Source: Promethearchaeota archaeon
Lineage (GTDB): Archaea; Asgardarchaeota; Lokiarchaeia; Sigyniarchaeales; SOKP01
Length of the DNA stretch: 64,000 nt
Assembly (NCBI GenBank): GCA_016840085.1
Contig: JAEOTA010000051.1
Location: forward strand, 32,001 to 96,000
Direction: 5' to 3'
Shown: positions 1 through 10,051 of the stretch, one piece after another
Numbering within the stretch: position 1 is the first letter of the stretch
Layout of the letters: every line of letters starts with the position of its first letter
Notes under the pieces: model-generated
What the model was told of the DNA's origin: nothing
Database searches by the model: none
What the model saw: only the letters and a program-made list of their open reading frames with translations
Made by a program: the position numbers and the translations under genes

Positions 1-1122
1 CTTATTTGTTTTTAATATGTGAGAATTTAATTGAAACACTAATTTTTTACTATTTCTATTTTTTGCATGAACTAGATAATTCTTTACAAAACTTTTTTGT
101 TCTATTTCATTTAAATAAACTTTACGTTCTTCAGGATTCTGCCAAAAATCATGCACATCTCTGTTTGTTAAATTCTCAGAGCTGTCATAACCAAGTAATT
201 CACAAAATGCTGGATTATGATTTAATAATACACCCTCCCAGTTTACTTGATAAAAACCCATATCTAAATTATTGATCATACTTCTGTACTTTTCTTCTGA
301 TTTTCTTAACATTTTCTCTGCTAAAACACGTGTAGTAATATCACGAACTATCCCTTGAATAACCTTTTTCCCTCCAATTTCAAACAAACTGGAGGAAACC
401 TCAGCTAGAAAAATTTTACCGTTTTTCTTTTTAAAACTAATTTCAAATCTTATTACTCCTGATTCAGAAATCTCTTTAAAAGCTTTTTTAGAGGTTTCAA
501 GTTCTGATTCAGGATGAAGTTGAGATATATTCAACGATAGGATCTCCGATTCAGTATAACCGAATTGATCTAATACTTTTTGGTTTACATCTATGATATT
601 TCCTTCAAGATCATGAAGAAAAATAGCATCATTTGAATGGTGAAATAGATTGCTATATTGTTCCTCGGATTCCCTTAACTCTTGAGTTCTTAAATTAACT
701 ATTTGTTCTAATTCTTCTTTAAATTTTTTCTCTTCTTCCTTTCTTTTAGTAATATCACGAAATAACCCATAAAAACCAATTTTATTTCCCTTAGAATCAT
801 ATTTTAAATATATAGAAGTTTCACCAATAATATTATCTCCTTTATTATTCATGAATTGGTATTGAAAATCTGTTAATGGTTTTTCAGTCCGAAAAACATA
901 ATTAAATCCTTCAAAAACTTTTTTTCTATTTTTTTCATCAGTTATATATTCATAATTTAATCCTAATAACTCCTTTTTAGAATATCCAGTAAGCTTACGT
1001 AATGAATCGTTAAAGTAAGTAAAATTACCTTTTAAATCGACTTCGAAATAACATTCTTTTATTGTTTCTAATAATTGTAAAAATTTATTTTCAGAAAACT
1101 CCACTTTTTTTCCTTTAACCAA
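1..1122 (-). CDS. Multi-PAS domain sensor protein (probably a histidine kinase), truncated by the left window edge
   Basis: Not in the ORF track. Manual translation from TTG at 1122 gives MVKGKKVEFSENKFLQLLETIKECYFEVDLKGNFTYFNDSLRKLTGYSKKELLG. Further PAS starts follow (SEEQYSNLFHHSNDAIFLHDLEG; SEEKYRSMINNLDMGFYQVN). No kinase domain is visible inside the window. Confidence 0.85.
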   Translation of the reverse strand, partial: MVKGKKVEFSENKFLQLLETIKECYFEVDLKGNFTYFNDSLRKLTGYSKKELLGLNYEYITDEKNRKKVFEGFNYVFRTEKPLTDFQYQFMNNKGDNIIGETSIYLKYDSKGNKIGFYGLFRDITKRKEEEKKFKEELEQIVNLRTQELRESEEQYSNLFHHSNDAIFLHDLEGNIIDVNQKVLDQFGYTESEILSLNISQLHPESELETSKKAFKEISESGVIRFEISFKKKNGKIFLAEVSSSLFEIGGKKVIQGIVRDITTRVLAEKMLRKSEEKYRSMINNLDMGFYQVNWEGVLLNHNPAFCELLGYDSSENLTNRDVHDFWQNPEERKVYLNEIEQKSFVKNYLVHAKNRNSKKLVFQLNSHILKTNK

Positions 1123-1418
1123 CTATTTTCTTTACTAATTTTTAAAAATCCCTTAATCTACATAAATACGTATCCTACAGAAGAAAAGAATTTTTTATTA
1201 TGACATTAATGAAATATAAAGTATTTAACTTTTATTTAAAAAGAGTTATGCTCTATTCCTTTGTAAATTATTAACAATTTTAAATTCTATATTCTTAAAA
1301 CTCATAACTTAATTAAAATCCCGCTAATATCTTTATTTTTATAAATGGTAAGAAATAAAAACTTATCTGCGTTTGATTTTATACAAGAATCTTATTTAAA
1401 TCTAATTTTGATATATTA

Positions 1419-1718
1419 ATGACAGACTCAAAAAAAGACTATCAAAAAATTCTAGGTTCAGTTCAAAAACCAGTTATCGGGGAAGCTGGAAAAACTGGAA
1501 CTTGGAGCTCCAAAAAACCAGTGATAGATTTAGATAAATGTATTCCTGCTAAGTCCGGAAAACTGAGCTGCTTTAATTGTTGGTTATATTGCCCTGAAGC
1601 GGTAATCACTAGGACTATTCCACCTAAAATAGATTATGAATATTGTAAAGGCTGTGGTATATGTATGGAAGAATGTCCTGTGAAAGCTATATCAATGGAG
1701 GAGGTGAAACTTGAATGA
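1419..1718 (+). CDS. porD: 2-oxoacid (pyruvate):ferredoxin oxidoreductase delta subunit, 2x[4Fe-4S]
   Basis: TGTW..KPVID..KC, CWLYCPE and IDYEYCKGCGICMEECP motifs; overlaps porA. Confidence 0.9.
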   Translation: MTDSKKDYQKILGSVQKPVIGEAGKTGTWSSKKPVIDLDKCIPAKSGKLSCFNCWLYCPEAVITRTIPPKIDYEYCKGCGICMEECPVKAISMEEVKLE

Positions 1719-3007
1719 CTATTAGAGAAAAGAAAAAGATGTTGATTGATGAAAATGTTACAATTCTAACAGGAAATCATGCTGCAGCACATGCTTTTAG
1801 ACAATCAAAGGTTGGTGTTGTTTCTGCTTATCCGATAACTCCACAAAGTCCTGTTGTTGAAAAAATTGCTGAATTTATAGCAGAAGGAAAGTTAAATGCA
1901 AGATTTGTAATGGTCGAATCAGAACATTCTGCTCTTGCTGTATGCTGTGCTGCTTCTGCAACAGGTTCTAGAGTCGGCACAGCAACTTCAGCTCATGGAT
2001 TGGAATTTATGTATGAAATGTTACCATGGGCAGCGGGAAATAGACTACCATTAGTTATAAATCTAGCCACAAGGTCGCTTGGAGCACCTTGGTCTGTCTG
2101 GACAGATCACTCGGATTTTATTACGATTAGAGATGTAGGTTGGATGCAATTCATGTGCGAAAATAACCAAGAAATTTATGATACAAACATTCAAGCTTTT
2201 AGAATTGCTGAAGATAAGCGAGTTTTTTTACCAGCAATTGTAGCATATGATGGATATATATTATCACATACAGTTATGCCTGTAAAATTAGAAAATCAAA
2301 AAGACATAGATGAGTTTTTACCACCTCTTAAGCATCATATTAATTTATCAGATATTTCAACAATTAAAGGAATAGATCCTGTTACAACGCCTCATGTTGT
2401 TAAAAGAGAAGAAGGAACTGCACCAGGATATTATGAATATAGATATGCCTTGCAGAAAGCATTAGAAAATTCAATAAATATAATTAAAGAAGTTCATGAT
2501 GAATTTGCTGAAAAATTCGGTAGAACTTATGGAAATGGTGTATATAAGGCAATTAATACCGAGGATGCGGATATAATAATATTTGGAATGGGATCTGTGG
2601 CTTCTCAATCTAGAATTGCTGTTAAAAAACTCAGAGAACAAGGATTAAAGGTGGGATTGGTAAGTCTGAAACTTTTTAGACCCTATCCCTCAGAAGAATT
2701 AAGGGAATTTTTCAAGGATAAGGAAAATATAGTGGTCTTTGACAGAGAGATTGGATATGGCTATGAAGGTGTTCTATCTTATGAATTGAAAGCTGCCCTC
2801 TATGGATTAAAGACAAGACCAAATATTAAAGGATTTATTGTGGGATTAGGAGGAAGAGATGTAAAAACTGAACATATCATTACTGGTGTTCGTCGAGCTT
2901 TAGATGATTTTAAAAAAGGAATTTTCACCAATAAAACAGAATTTTTGGGATTACGATTAGAAGAATTAGAAGATTATGATGAAAAAACTTATTTTGCAGA
3001 GAGGTGA
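1715..3007 (+). CDS. porA: 2-oxoacid:ferredoxin oxidoreductase alpha subunit
   Basis: TGNHAAA, AYPITPQS, ESEHSA, LKLFRPYP and GLGGRD motifs. Confidence 0.93.
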   Translation: MTIREKKKMLIDENVTILTGNHAAAHAFRQSKVGVVSAYPITPQSPVVEKIAEFIAEGKLNARFVMVESEHSALAVCCAASATGSRVGTATSAHGLEFMYEMLPWAAGNRLPLVINLATRSLGAPWSVWTDHSDFITIRDVGWMQFMCENNQEIYDTNIQAFRIAEDKRVFLPAIVAYDGYILSHTVMPVKLENQKDIDEFLPPLKHHINLSDISTIKGIDPVTTPHVVKREEGTAPGYYEYRYALQKALENSINIIKEVHDEFAEKFGRTYGNGVYKAINTEDADIIIFGMGSVASQSRIAVKKLREQGLKVGLVSLKLFRPYPSEELREFFKDKENIVVFDREIGYGYEGVLSYELKAALYGLKTRPNIKGFIVGLGGRDVKTEHIITGVRRALDDFKKGIFTNKTEFLGLRLEELEDYDEKTYFAER

Positions 3008-3013
3008 GAAGCG

Positions 3014-3913
3014 TTGGTAAATGTGATGGAACTTCCTGAAGAAGAATATATATATCCAGGCACACGTGCCTGTGCGGGTTGTGGAATGGCACTAATATAT
3101 AGAATTGCTCTCAAAGCTTTGGGTGCCAATACTATTATAACAGTCCCCGCATCTTGTTTAACAGTTCTACATGGCATGCAAGGTTTTTGTACTACCAAAG
3201 TTTCTGTTTATCACACACCATTTGCAACTACAGGCGCGGCAGCATCTGGAATCTTAGCCTCATTAGAGGATAAAAATTTAGCAGATAAAATAACTATTCT
3301 TGCTTTTGCGGGAGATGGTGGGACAACAGATATAGGTATTCAAGCTCTAAGTGGAGCTGCAGAAAGAGGAACAAATTTCATCTATGCTTGCTATGATAAT
3401 GAAGCATATATGAATACTGGTGTTCAAAGAAGCGGTTCAACACCATTGGGAGTCCAAACAACTACCACTCCTAGGGGAAAAGCGGTTCATAAGAAAAATA
3501 TGCCTAAAATTTTAGAAGCCCATGGAATTCCTTATGTTGCCACCGCAAATGCTGCTTACCCACTTGATTTATATGAAAAATTTAAAAGAGCAAAGACTAT
3601 TAAAGGCACTAAATATATTCACATAATTTCTCCTTGTCCACCTGGGTGGGGATATGATCCAAAAGATACAATCCTCATAGGTAGACTCGCAACTCAAACT
3701 GGATTTTGGCCCCTTTATGAGGTTATAAATGGAAAGTTTGAATTATCGAAACCAAGTAAAAAATATTTGGATCCATCAAAAATAACGCCGATTGCAGAGT
3801 ATTTAAATGTCCAAAAAAGATTTAGATCTATAGATGATAAAACAGTACTACTTTATGAAGAGTATATTAATAAATTATGGAAAGAAATAAAGCAAAGACT
3901 TGATAATAAATAA
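3014..3913 (+). CDS. porB: 2-oxoacid:ferredoxin oxidoreductase beta subunit (TPP-binding)
   Basis: ACAGCG, GDGGTTDIG, DNEAYMNTG and SPCPPGW motifs; GAGGTGA lies 6 nt before the TTG start. Confidence 0.93.
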   Translation: MVNVMELPEEEYIYPGTRACAGCGMALIYRIALKALGANTIITVPASCLTVLHGMQGFCTTKVSVYHTPFATTGAAASGILASLEDKNLADKITILAFAGDGGTTDIGIQALSGAAERGTNFIYACYDNEAYMNTGVQRSGSTPLGVQTTTTPRGKAVHKKNMPKILEAHGIPYVATANAAYPLDLYEKFKRAKTIKGTKYIHIISPCPPGWGYDPKDTILIGRLATQTGFWPLYEVINGKFELSKPSKKYLDPSKITPIAEYLNVQKRFRSIDDKTVLLYEEYINKLWKEIKQRLDNK

Positions 3914-4031
3914 TATTGAGAGTCTAATATTTTCACTATTAATTTAAAACTTTTTTATCTAATTTTTTTAATTACCAATATTGTATGGAAAAGAATAAAA
4001 AGTAATTTTAGTTAAGATAAATAGAGAATTC

Positions 4032-4814
4032 ATGCTTAGAACATATATTTTCAATGAATCTAAATCTAGTTGGACAGAAGAAGATCAACGTTTACTATTA
4101 CATGATGTTTGTGTATTTTTAGATGAAACAAATAAAAAAATCTATATATGGAATGGTCCAAAAAGTTCCAAAGAAAAATTCAAAAAAGGGTTTGAATTAG
4201 TTGGGGAGATTCTTTCTAATTATCCTGATTTGAAACTCCAACTAATAGTATTAAAGAAAGACATTCCAACTAATATTGAAAGTAAGCTTAATTCTATGTT
4301 GGAATCTGCAAAAAAAGAGGAAATCACAACACTTTTGTTTAGTAGATTATCAACGATACGTTTTTATTTTATTTTTTTATTAGGTGTAATAATATTACCA
4401 ATAATTGCATTAGCAAATTTGAGCTTATCTTTAATATGGCCAGTTTCTAATGGAAATTATGAAGTAAGTAGTGCATTATATGAAATGTGGATAAATATTT
4501 CTAAGATAATAATGATTATAACCCTAATTCTATTTATCTTAAATACAATAATAGGGATAATCGAAATAGAAAACCAGGTTATAATTTTTTCTACAGCTGG
4601 TTTAATTATATCTATTGGAATAGTGATTTATTTAAATTTTGGCATCTTTCTTTTCTTATTTCAAGAAGGATCAACATTAACCGATTACTTGATTTCACGA
4701 GAAGATCTATTTTTCTTTTTCTTTCTAAACTTGATTGCAATCCTAATTTTCGAAATTCCAAATATATATAAATTTGTATCTTTTTTGAAGACTTATCGAA
4801 AATTTATAATGTAA
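4032..4814 (+). CDS. Gelsolin-like domain fused to about four transmembrane helices
   Basis: N-terminal LLLHDVCVFLDETNKKIYIWNGPKSS resembles the gelsolin core LxxxDxxILD...IYVWxGxxSS; four long hydrophobic segments follow. Confidence 0.7.
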   Translation: MLRTYIFNESKSSWTEEDQRLLLHDVCVFLDETNKKIYIWNGPKSSKEKFKKGFELVGEILSNYPDLKLQLIVLKKDIPTNIESKLNSMLESAKKEEITTLLFSRLSTIRFYFIFLLGVIILPIIALANLSLSLIWPVSNGNYEVSSALYEMWINISKIIMIITLILFILNTIIGIIEIENQVIIFSTAGLIISIGIVIYLNFGIFLFLFQEGSTLTDYLISREDLFFFFFLNLIAILIFEIPNIYKFVSFLKTYRKFIM

Positions 4815-4839
4815 AATTCATTTTTTAGCTGAATAGAGT

Positions 4840-5718
4840 GTGGAAGTAGCAAAACTACTTACGAGCTTGGAAAAGGAAGACTTTAGGATATTAATGGCAA
4901 TTGAAATAGGTATGCGGAGATCTGAATATGTGACAGTAAGTAATATCAAATTTTACTCAAGATATAAGATGGAAGAAACTTTATTTCGCTTAAATAGAGT
5001 TCATAAACTGGATTTGATAATTAGAGATGCTTCAAAGTATGAAATCGGATATACTCTTAACTCAAAAGCGTATGACTTGCTTGCATTACATACATTAGTA
5101 GAGAAAAACATTATTAGTCAACTTGGACCTCTAATAGGAAAAGGAAAAGAATCGGATGTATACAGTTGTATGGATGATCATGAAAACATCTTTGCATTAA
5201 AAATTTATCGCATGGGGCGAACTAGTTTCAAAAGCATTAAGAATTTAAGAGATCTCATAGGTGAAAGAGGACATTTTTCTTGGTTGTATATAAATAGACT
5301 AGCTGCTAAAAAAGAATTTGAAGTCTTAGAAAAGATTTATAAACTTAGTTTAAATACTCCAAAGCCTATAGCGTATAATAGACATATTGTTGTTATGTCT
5401 TATTTGAGAGGAAAAGAATTAGTTTATTATAAAAATATTGATAATCCCGTGAAAATTTTTAATAAAATAATAAAACAAATGAAAGAAATTTATCAAAAAG
5501 GACGTATGATTCATGGGGATTTGGGTGAATTCAATATCGTATTAGACGAGAAAGGGAATATATTAATCATTGATTGGTTGCAATGGGTACCACGTGATCA
5601 CCCTAATGCGAAATCTCTTCTTAAAAGAGATATAAAAAATGTTTGTAATTATTTTCAAAGAAAATTCAATGTTGAAAGCAATGTAAACGGGATCATAAGA
5701 GACTTTTATAAGAAGTAA
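4840..5718 (+). CDS. rio2: RIO2-family Ser/Thr kinase
   Basis: N-terminal wHTH (EDFRILMAIEIGMR), GKGKESDVY, IHGDLGEFNI, IIDWLQ and LLKRDIKNV motifs. Confidence 0.93.
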   Translation: MEVAKLLTSLEKEDFRILMAIEIGMRRSEYVTVSNIKFYSRYKMEETLFRLNRVHKLDLIIRDASKYEIGYTLNSKAYDLLALHTLVEKNIISQLGPLIGKGKESDVYSCMDDHENIFALKIYRMGRTSFKSIKNLRDLIGERGHFSWLYINRLAAKKEFEVLEKIYKLSLNTPKPIAYNRHIVVMSYLRGKELVYYKNIDNPVKIFNKIIKQMKEIYQKGRMIHGDLGEFNIVLDEKGNILIIDWLQWVPRDHPNAKSLLKRDIKNVCNYFQRKFNVESNVNGIIRDFYKK

Positions 5719-5730
5719 ATAAAAAATAAG

Positions 5731-6327
5731 TTAGTCCTTTAATTTCTTTCCAATAATTATATAATCTTCTAAATTTTCCATATTTATAATTTCAGAGTTC
5801 TTTATTTTAGATTTCACAAGACTTATTAATGTTGTCAAATCAAATTTTTTCTTTAAAAATGATAATTTAATCTCTGCATTTTTTTTACATACTCGCAACG
5901 ATTCTCTAATTCCTTCCTTGATGTAAGGTAAGTTTTGAAAAGATGTAAGTGAAAAAACTGAATTAATGGTTTTGTCTCTAATTGGCAAATTTTCTATATC
6001 AGACAGTATCAATATTGGGTTTGAAAATCCAATCTGAGAGATTTTAGCTTTAAATTCTAATAACATGCTCCAAGAAATATCAATACCTATATAGATATAC
6101 CTTATTATCCCGTGATAATTTATTGAATTTATTAGATATTCAAATAATAATCCAGTACCACAACCCATATCTAAAATGATTTTTTTATTGAGATTATAAT
6201 CTTTTATAACTATTTCATATTTCATTTCTTGGATTGTTGCATATCTTTTATCATAGAAATAAGCTGTAGAATTATATTTCTCAATAATTTTCTTCTTTTT
6301 ATTATTATCTTTAAAAAACTCTTCCAA
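5731..6327 (-). CDS. Class I SAM-dependent methyltransferase
   Basis: ILDMGCGTG, GIDIS and DIENLP motifs. Confidence 0.88.
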   Translation of the reverse strand: MEEFFKDNNKKKKIIEKYNSTAYFYDKRYATIQEMKYEIVIKDYNLNKKIILDMGCGTGLLFEYLINSINYHGIIRYIYIGIDISWSMLLEFKAKISQIGFSNPILILSDIENLPIRDKTINSVFSLTSFQNLPYIKEGIRESLRVCKKNAEIKLSFLKKKFDLTTLISLVKSKIKNSEIINMENLEDYIIIGKKLKD

Positions 6328-6457
6328 GAAGATTACCAGATAAATTTATTCTTCAAATTTTAATGTGTAATAAAGAAAGGTTTTAATTCAAAAAAATCTA
6401 TCTTTAAATAATCTTTTTAATAGATATATTTAAGATTTTTTTGATGAAGGTATAAAA

Positions 6458-6721
6458 ATGTCAACAAGAAATAGCACTCAGCAGAGGTCAAAAAACCCTC
6501 TCATGATACTCCAGAATGCGCAGAATTCCATTATTTTACTCAGATTAAAAGATGGAACAGAATATAGAGGTTTATTGAAAGAAATTGATGCATATATGAA
6601 CATGATATTAGAAGACGCGACAGAGCTCTTAGAGGGCACGCCTGTTGCGAAGTATAACGAAATTTTCATTCGTGGTAATAATCTTTTGTTTATTAAACCC
6701 GATGCTTCTCAAATCACATAA
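6458..6721 (+). CDS. lsm: Sm/LSm-family RNA-binding protein
   Basis: Sm1 (LKDGTEYRGLLKEIDAYMNMILEDA) and Sm2 (IFIRGNN) motifs. Confidence 0.93.
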   Translation: MSTRNSTQQRSKNPLMILQNAQNSIILLRLKDGTEYRGLLKEIDAYMNMILEDATELLEGTPVAKYNEIFIRGNNLLFIKPDASQIT

Positions 6722-6775
6722 ATAGAGAAGCTCTAATTAGATTATAGGATATTAAAACAGATCTAGTTGATTTTC

Positions 6776-7684
6776 TTATAATTCTATTATTTTCGGAATT
6801 ATTTTATTGTTTCTAATAAGTGCAAATGATGCGGGATTTGGTGAATAAGATCCTCTATAATTTGCTGAAGAAAATATAGATAATAATTTTTTTTTGAAAA
6901 ACCAACGATATCCCTCTGGAAAACATTCATGTGCTCTAATAAGATATTCAAGATTATTATTCCTCATGAAGTTATTAAAAGCGTCTTCTCCAAAAAAATA
7001 AATCCCAGAACCTCGAAAACTATTAGCAAAACCTTGTAGTTCTGATTTAGGATCATTCCACATAATTTGAAATATACCCTTTGAGATTGATTTGAATATT
7101 TTAATCATATCTTTCGTTTTATAACCTTTTAATTTTTTAAGAATTTCAGTGTCTTGAGAGATTCCTCCATGCAGACATAAAATAGTGCTATTGATTAACG
7201 CACATATAGGGAGGACATCATAAACCGTTAAAATTTCATTGAACTTCTTAGAATCTTTGAACTTATGCATAAAATCCTGAAAAAAACCATAATATTGATT
7301 CATTTCAAGAGTCTCATGATTTCCTCTAAGTAGATAATATCTTTGAGGATTAAGAATTTTTAAAGTTAATACAATCAATAAACATTCTAGCTGTTTAGGC
7401 CCTCGATCAACGATATCTCCCAGAAATATAACCATGTTTGGATTTTTTTCCTCTATAATTTCAATTAATTTCACTAATGTCTCGAAATTCCCATGAATAT
7501 CTCCAATTACATAAATCATCTCATCTTTATTTTTCAAATTAAATTCTAACAGTATATTTTCATTTTCGAAAATTTTTTTAGCATTTTGTAGAATTTTAAT
7601 AATGTCATCAAATTTTAAATTAGAAAACAAGTGTGGATTTTTTATCATATCCTTTAAAAAGGCATAGTTAATCAAAATTCCCAA
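6776..7684 (-). CDS. PPP-family Ser/Thr protein phosphatase
   Basis: GDIHG, GDIVDRG, RGNHE, HGG, WNDP, RAHE and FSSANY motifs. Confidence 0.93.
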   Translation of the reverse strand: MGILINYAFLKDMIKNPHLFSNLKFDDIIKILQNAKKIFENENILLEFNLKNKDEMIYVIGDIHGNFETLVKLIEIIEEKNPNMVIFLGDIVDRGPKQLECLLIVLTLKILNPQRYYLLRGNHETLEMNQYYGFFQDFMHKFKDSKKFNEILTVYDVLPICALINSTILCLHGGISQDTEILKKLKGYKTKDMIKIFKSISKGIFQIMWNDPKSELQGFANSFRGSGIYFFGEDAFNNFMRNNNLEYLIRAHECFPEGYRWFFKKKLLSIFSSANYRGSYSPNPASFALIRNNKIIPKIIEL

Positions 7685-7832
7685 CGCTCAAAAATAAGAT
7701 ATTTCATTTTTTTTCTTATTTTTAATATTATTTCTATAATTTTTATTAGTAAGGAAATTTAAATTAAAAACAGAATTAGTAGAAAATTCTAGAATTTTAA
7801 TAAAATAAAATAATTAATTTTCAATAGAAAAT

Positions 7833-9905
7833 TTGTCAATTCAAGATTTTATTGCTCATTTAGATAAAGTTATTATAGATTTTGAAACTGGAAAACCGGA
7901 TAATAAGAGTATAGGAATAATTTATACTCCGCAACCTATTGTAGATTACATTGTTTCAAATATTTTTAAATTATATTTTGAAGAATTTTTTAATTTGCAA
8001 AACTCATCTAAATCAAACTCATTTATGAGTATATTAAAACATAATTTGTGTAAAAATGCTAATTTAAAAACAAAATTTGTTAAAAAACTAAAAACTATTA
8101 AAGTTTTGGATCCTGCTTGTGGATCTGGAAGATTTATGATTTCTGTAGCTGACAAACTGTTTTATTTTTATAAAACGCTAAACACGGGGTTAGATGATTA
8201 TGAGATAAAACAATCTATAATAAAAGATAATTTATATGGTATTGAGATTGAAGAAACTGCTTTTTTTATCACAAAATTACGATTATTATCTTGGCTTTTT
8301 TCTGGTTGTAAAAAACGGATTAATCTTCCTTCTTTTAATACAAAGGATTTAAATCTCGAAGAAATTAGCCAAATTGTTAATAGCCTTGACATAAAATTTA
8401 ATGTATTTAATTTAGATTTTCTTTTGGCGTTTGATTCTGATAAATACGATATAATCATAGGAAATCCACCTTATGTAGAAAATAAGAAAATAAAAAATAC
8501 AGAATTTAAAAAAAAATTAACTAAAAGATTCAAATCAGCTTATAGGTTATTTGACCTCTCAGTTGTCTTTATCGAGAAATCATTAGAGCTATTGAAAGAA
8601 AGAGAAGGTTTTTTATCTATGATAACAACAAATAAATTCTTATCAGCAGATTACGGTATCCACATAAGAAAGATGCTTATATTTGATACTGAGATTAAAG
8701 AAATTATTAATATATCCTCTCTTCCTATCTTTGGAAAAACTGCTGCATATCCAATTATTTTTTCCCTTAAAAAATCAATACCTAAAGTAAATAATACAAT
8801 TAAAATTAAACGGTATGAGGAATTCAATGAAATATTCGAAAATAGCAATATAAAATCACAATTTCTGCCTCAAAAATTAATAAAAAAAATTCCTGCTTTT
8901 GTCTTTCCCATCTTTGGTCAAATTAATTTAATAAATTATTTATACACTAATTTTAAACCTTTAACGGAGGTAATTAGTGATTTGAAAATTCTTTATAGAC
9001 CTTATGGATTTATAAACTGGTCCAAACACCTCAATAACGTTAAAGATAATGTAAATTTTAATAGTGGTCTATTGTTATGTGGAACAGGAAATATTGCAAA
9101 ATATCATATAAAATTTGATAAACTAATTAAAATCGCAAAAAAAATTCTTCCAATTTCTTACTTCAAATATCAAAACGAATTTAAAGATATTTGGAAGGAA
9201 TTAATGGGTGAAAAACTAATTTTCAGAGAAATAGCTAAAGAATTAACATGGATGTATGATCCAGGAATTTACACAAACGTAACTGGATTATATTTTGTAA
9301 GAATTCCCTCATTTAATCAGAATAAATTATTTTGTCTTTTAGCTATAATGAATTCAAGATTAATGGATATCATATTTAAAACCCTATTTAGTTCTCTTCA
9401 TATGGCAGGGGGATATATGAGATTTAATGGAAGTTTTATAAAAAGATTACCTATGCCTCATAAATTTCCTTTAACATTATCACATTGCGGAAAAATTTTA
9501 CAAATACTTTCCCAATTGGATTATGATTTAAATTCTGATTATAACTTTAAAAATCATGAGTTAAAATTAGCAAAAGATAAGTTTCAAATAGAAATAGTGA
9601 ATTTATTAAAGATTTTTAATAATTTAAGTAATTCTTTGGTGAATTTACTATATCTAGATGAGTTATATCTTGATTCTAACAAAGATTTCAATTACTTGAG
9701 AGAATTATTATATTCAAATATTCAGTTAAATAAGATTCAATTTAAATATTTACTACCTCGATATCAAATAAAAAATTATCACACTTTTACGATAGAAGAG
9801 TTAGAGCTTACTCTAGATGAGATTAAGAATTCATTAAATAAGATCTTAGAAAATGAGATTCTATTAAATCAAATTCAAGAAACCCAATATATAGAGTTAA
9901 TATAA
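7833..9905 (+). CDS. N6-adenine DNA methyltransferase (Eco57I/TaqI-like) with C-terminal target recognition domain
   Basis: YTPQPIV, VLDPACGSG and IIGNPPY motifs; TaqI_C-like tail (EKLIFREI, LLAIMNS, IKRLPMP). Confidence 0.88.
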   Translation: MSIQDFIAHLDKVIIDFETGKPDNKSIGIIYTPQPIVDYIVSNIFKLYFEEFFNLQNSSKSNSFMSILKHNLCKNANLKTKFVKKLKTIKVLDPACGSGRFMISVADKLFYFYKTLNTGLDDYEIKQSIIKDNLYGIEIEETAFFITKLRLLSWLFSGCKKRINLPSFNTKDLNLEEISQIVNSLDIKFNVFNLDFLLAFDSDKYDIIIGNPPYVENKKIKNTEFKKKLTKRFKSAYRLFDLSVVFIEKSLELLKEREGFLSMITTNKFLSADYGIHIRKMLIFDTEIKEIINISSLPIFGKTAAYPIIFSLKKSIPKVNNTIKIKRYEEFNEIFENSNIKSQFLPQKLIKKIPAFVFPIFGQINLINYLYTNFKPLTEVISDLKILYRPYGFINWSKHLNNVKDNVNFNSGLLLCGTGNIAKYHIKFDKLIKIAKKILPISYFKYQNEFKDIWKELMGEKLIFREIAKELTWMYDPGIYTNVTGLYFVRIPSFNQNKLFCLLAIMNSRLMDIIFKTLFSSLHMAGGYMRFNGSFIKRLPMPHKFPLTLSHCGKILQILSQLDYDLNSDYNFKNHELKLAKDKFQIEIVNLLKIFNNLSNSLVNLLYLDELYLDSNKDFNYLRELLYSNIQLNKIQFKYLLPRYQIKNYHTFTIEELELTLDEIKNSLNKILENEILLNQIQETQYIELI

Positions 9906-10051
9906 GAGATTATTACAATGGATCTCTTCATATTTAAAAAAATCAATTTAAATGATTTTTAGATTTGTGTTTTTAAAAAATATTAAAATTAAATTTTAGC
10001 AAAGATTATATACTTAAAAAATTCAAATATTAAAAAGAATGAGTAATATAG

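Noticed and set aside
6-275. 89-aa plus-strand ORF
   Set aside because: It is antisense to the PAS-domain gene running off the left edge.
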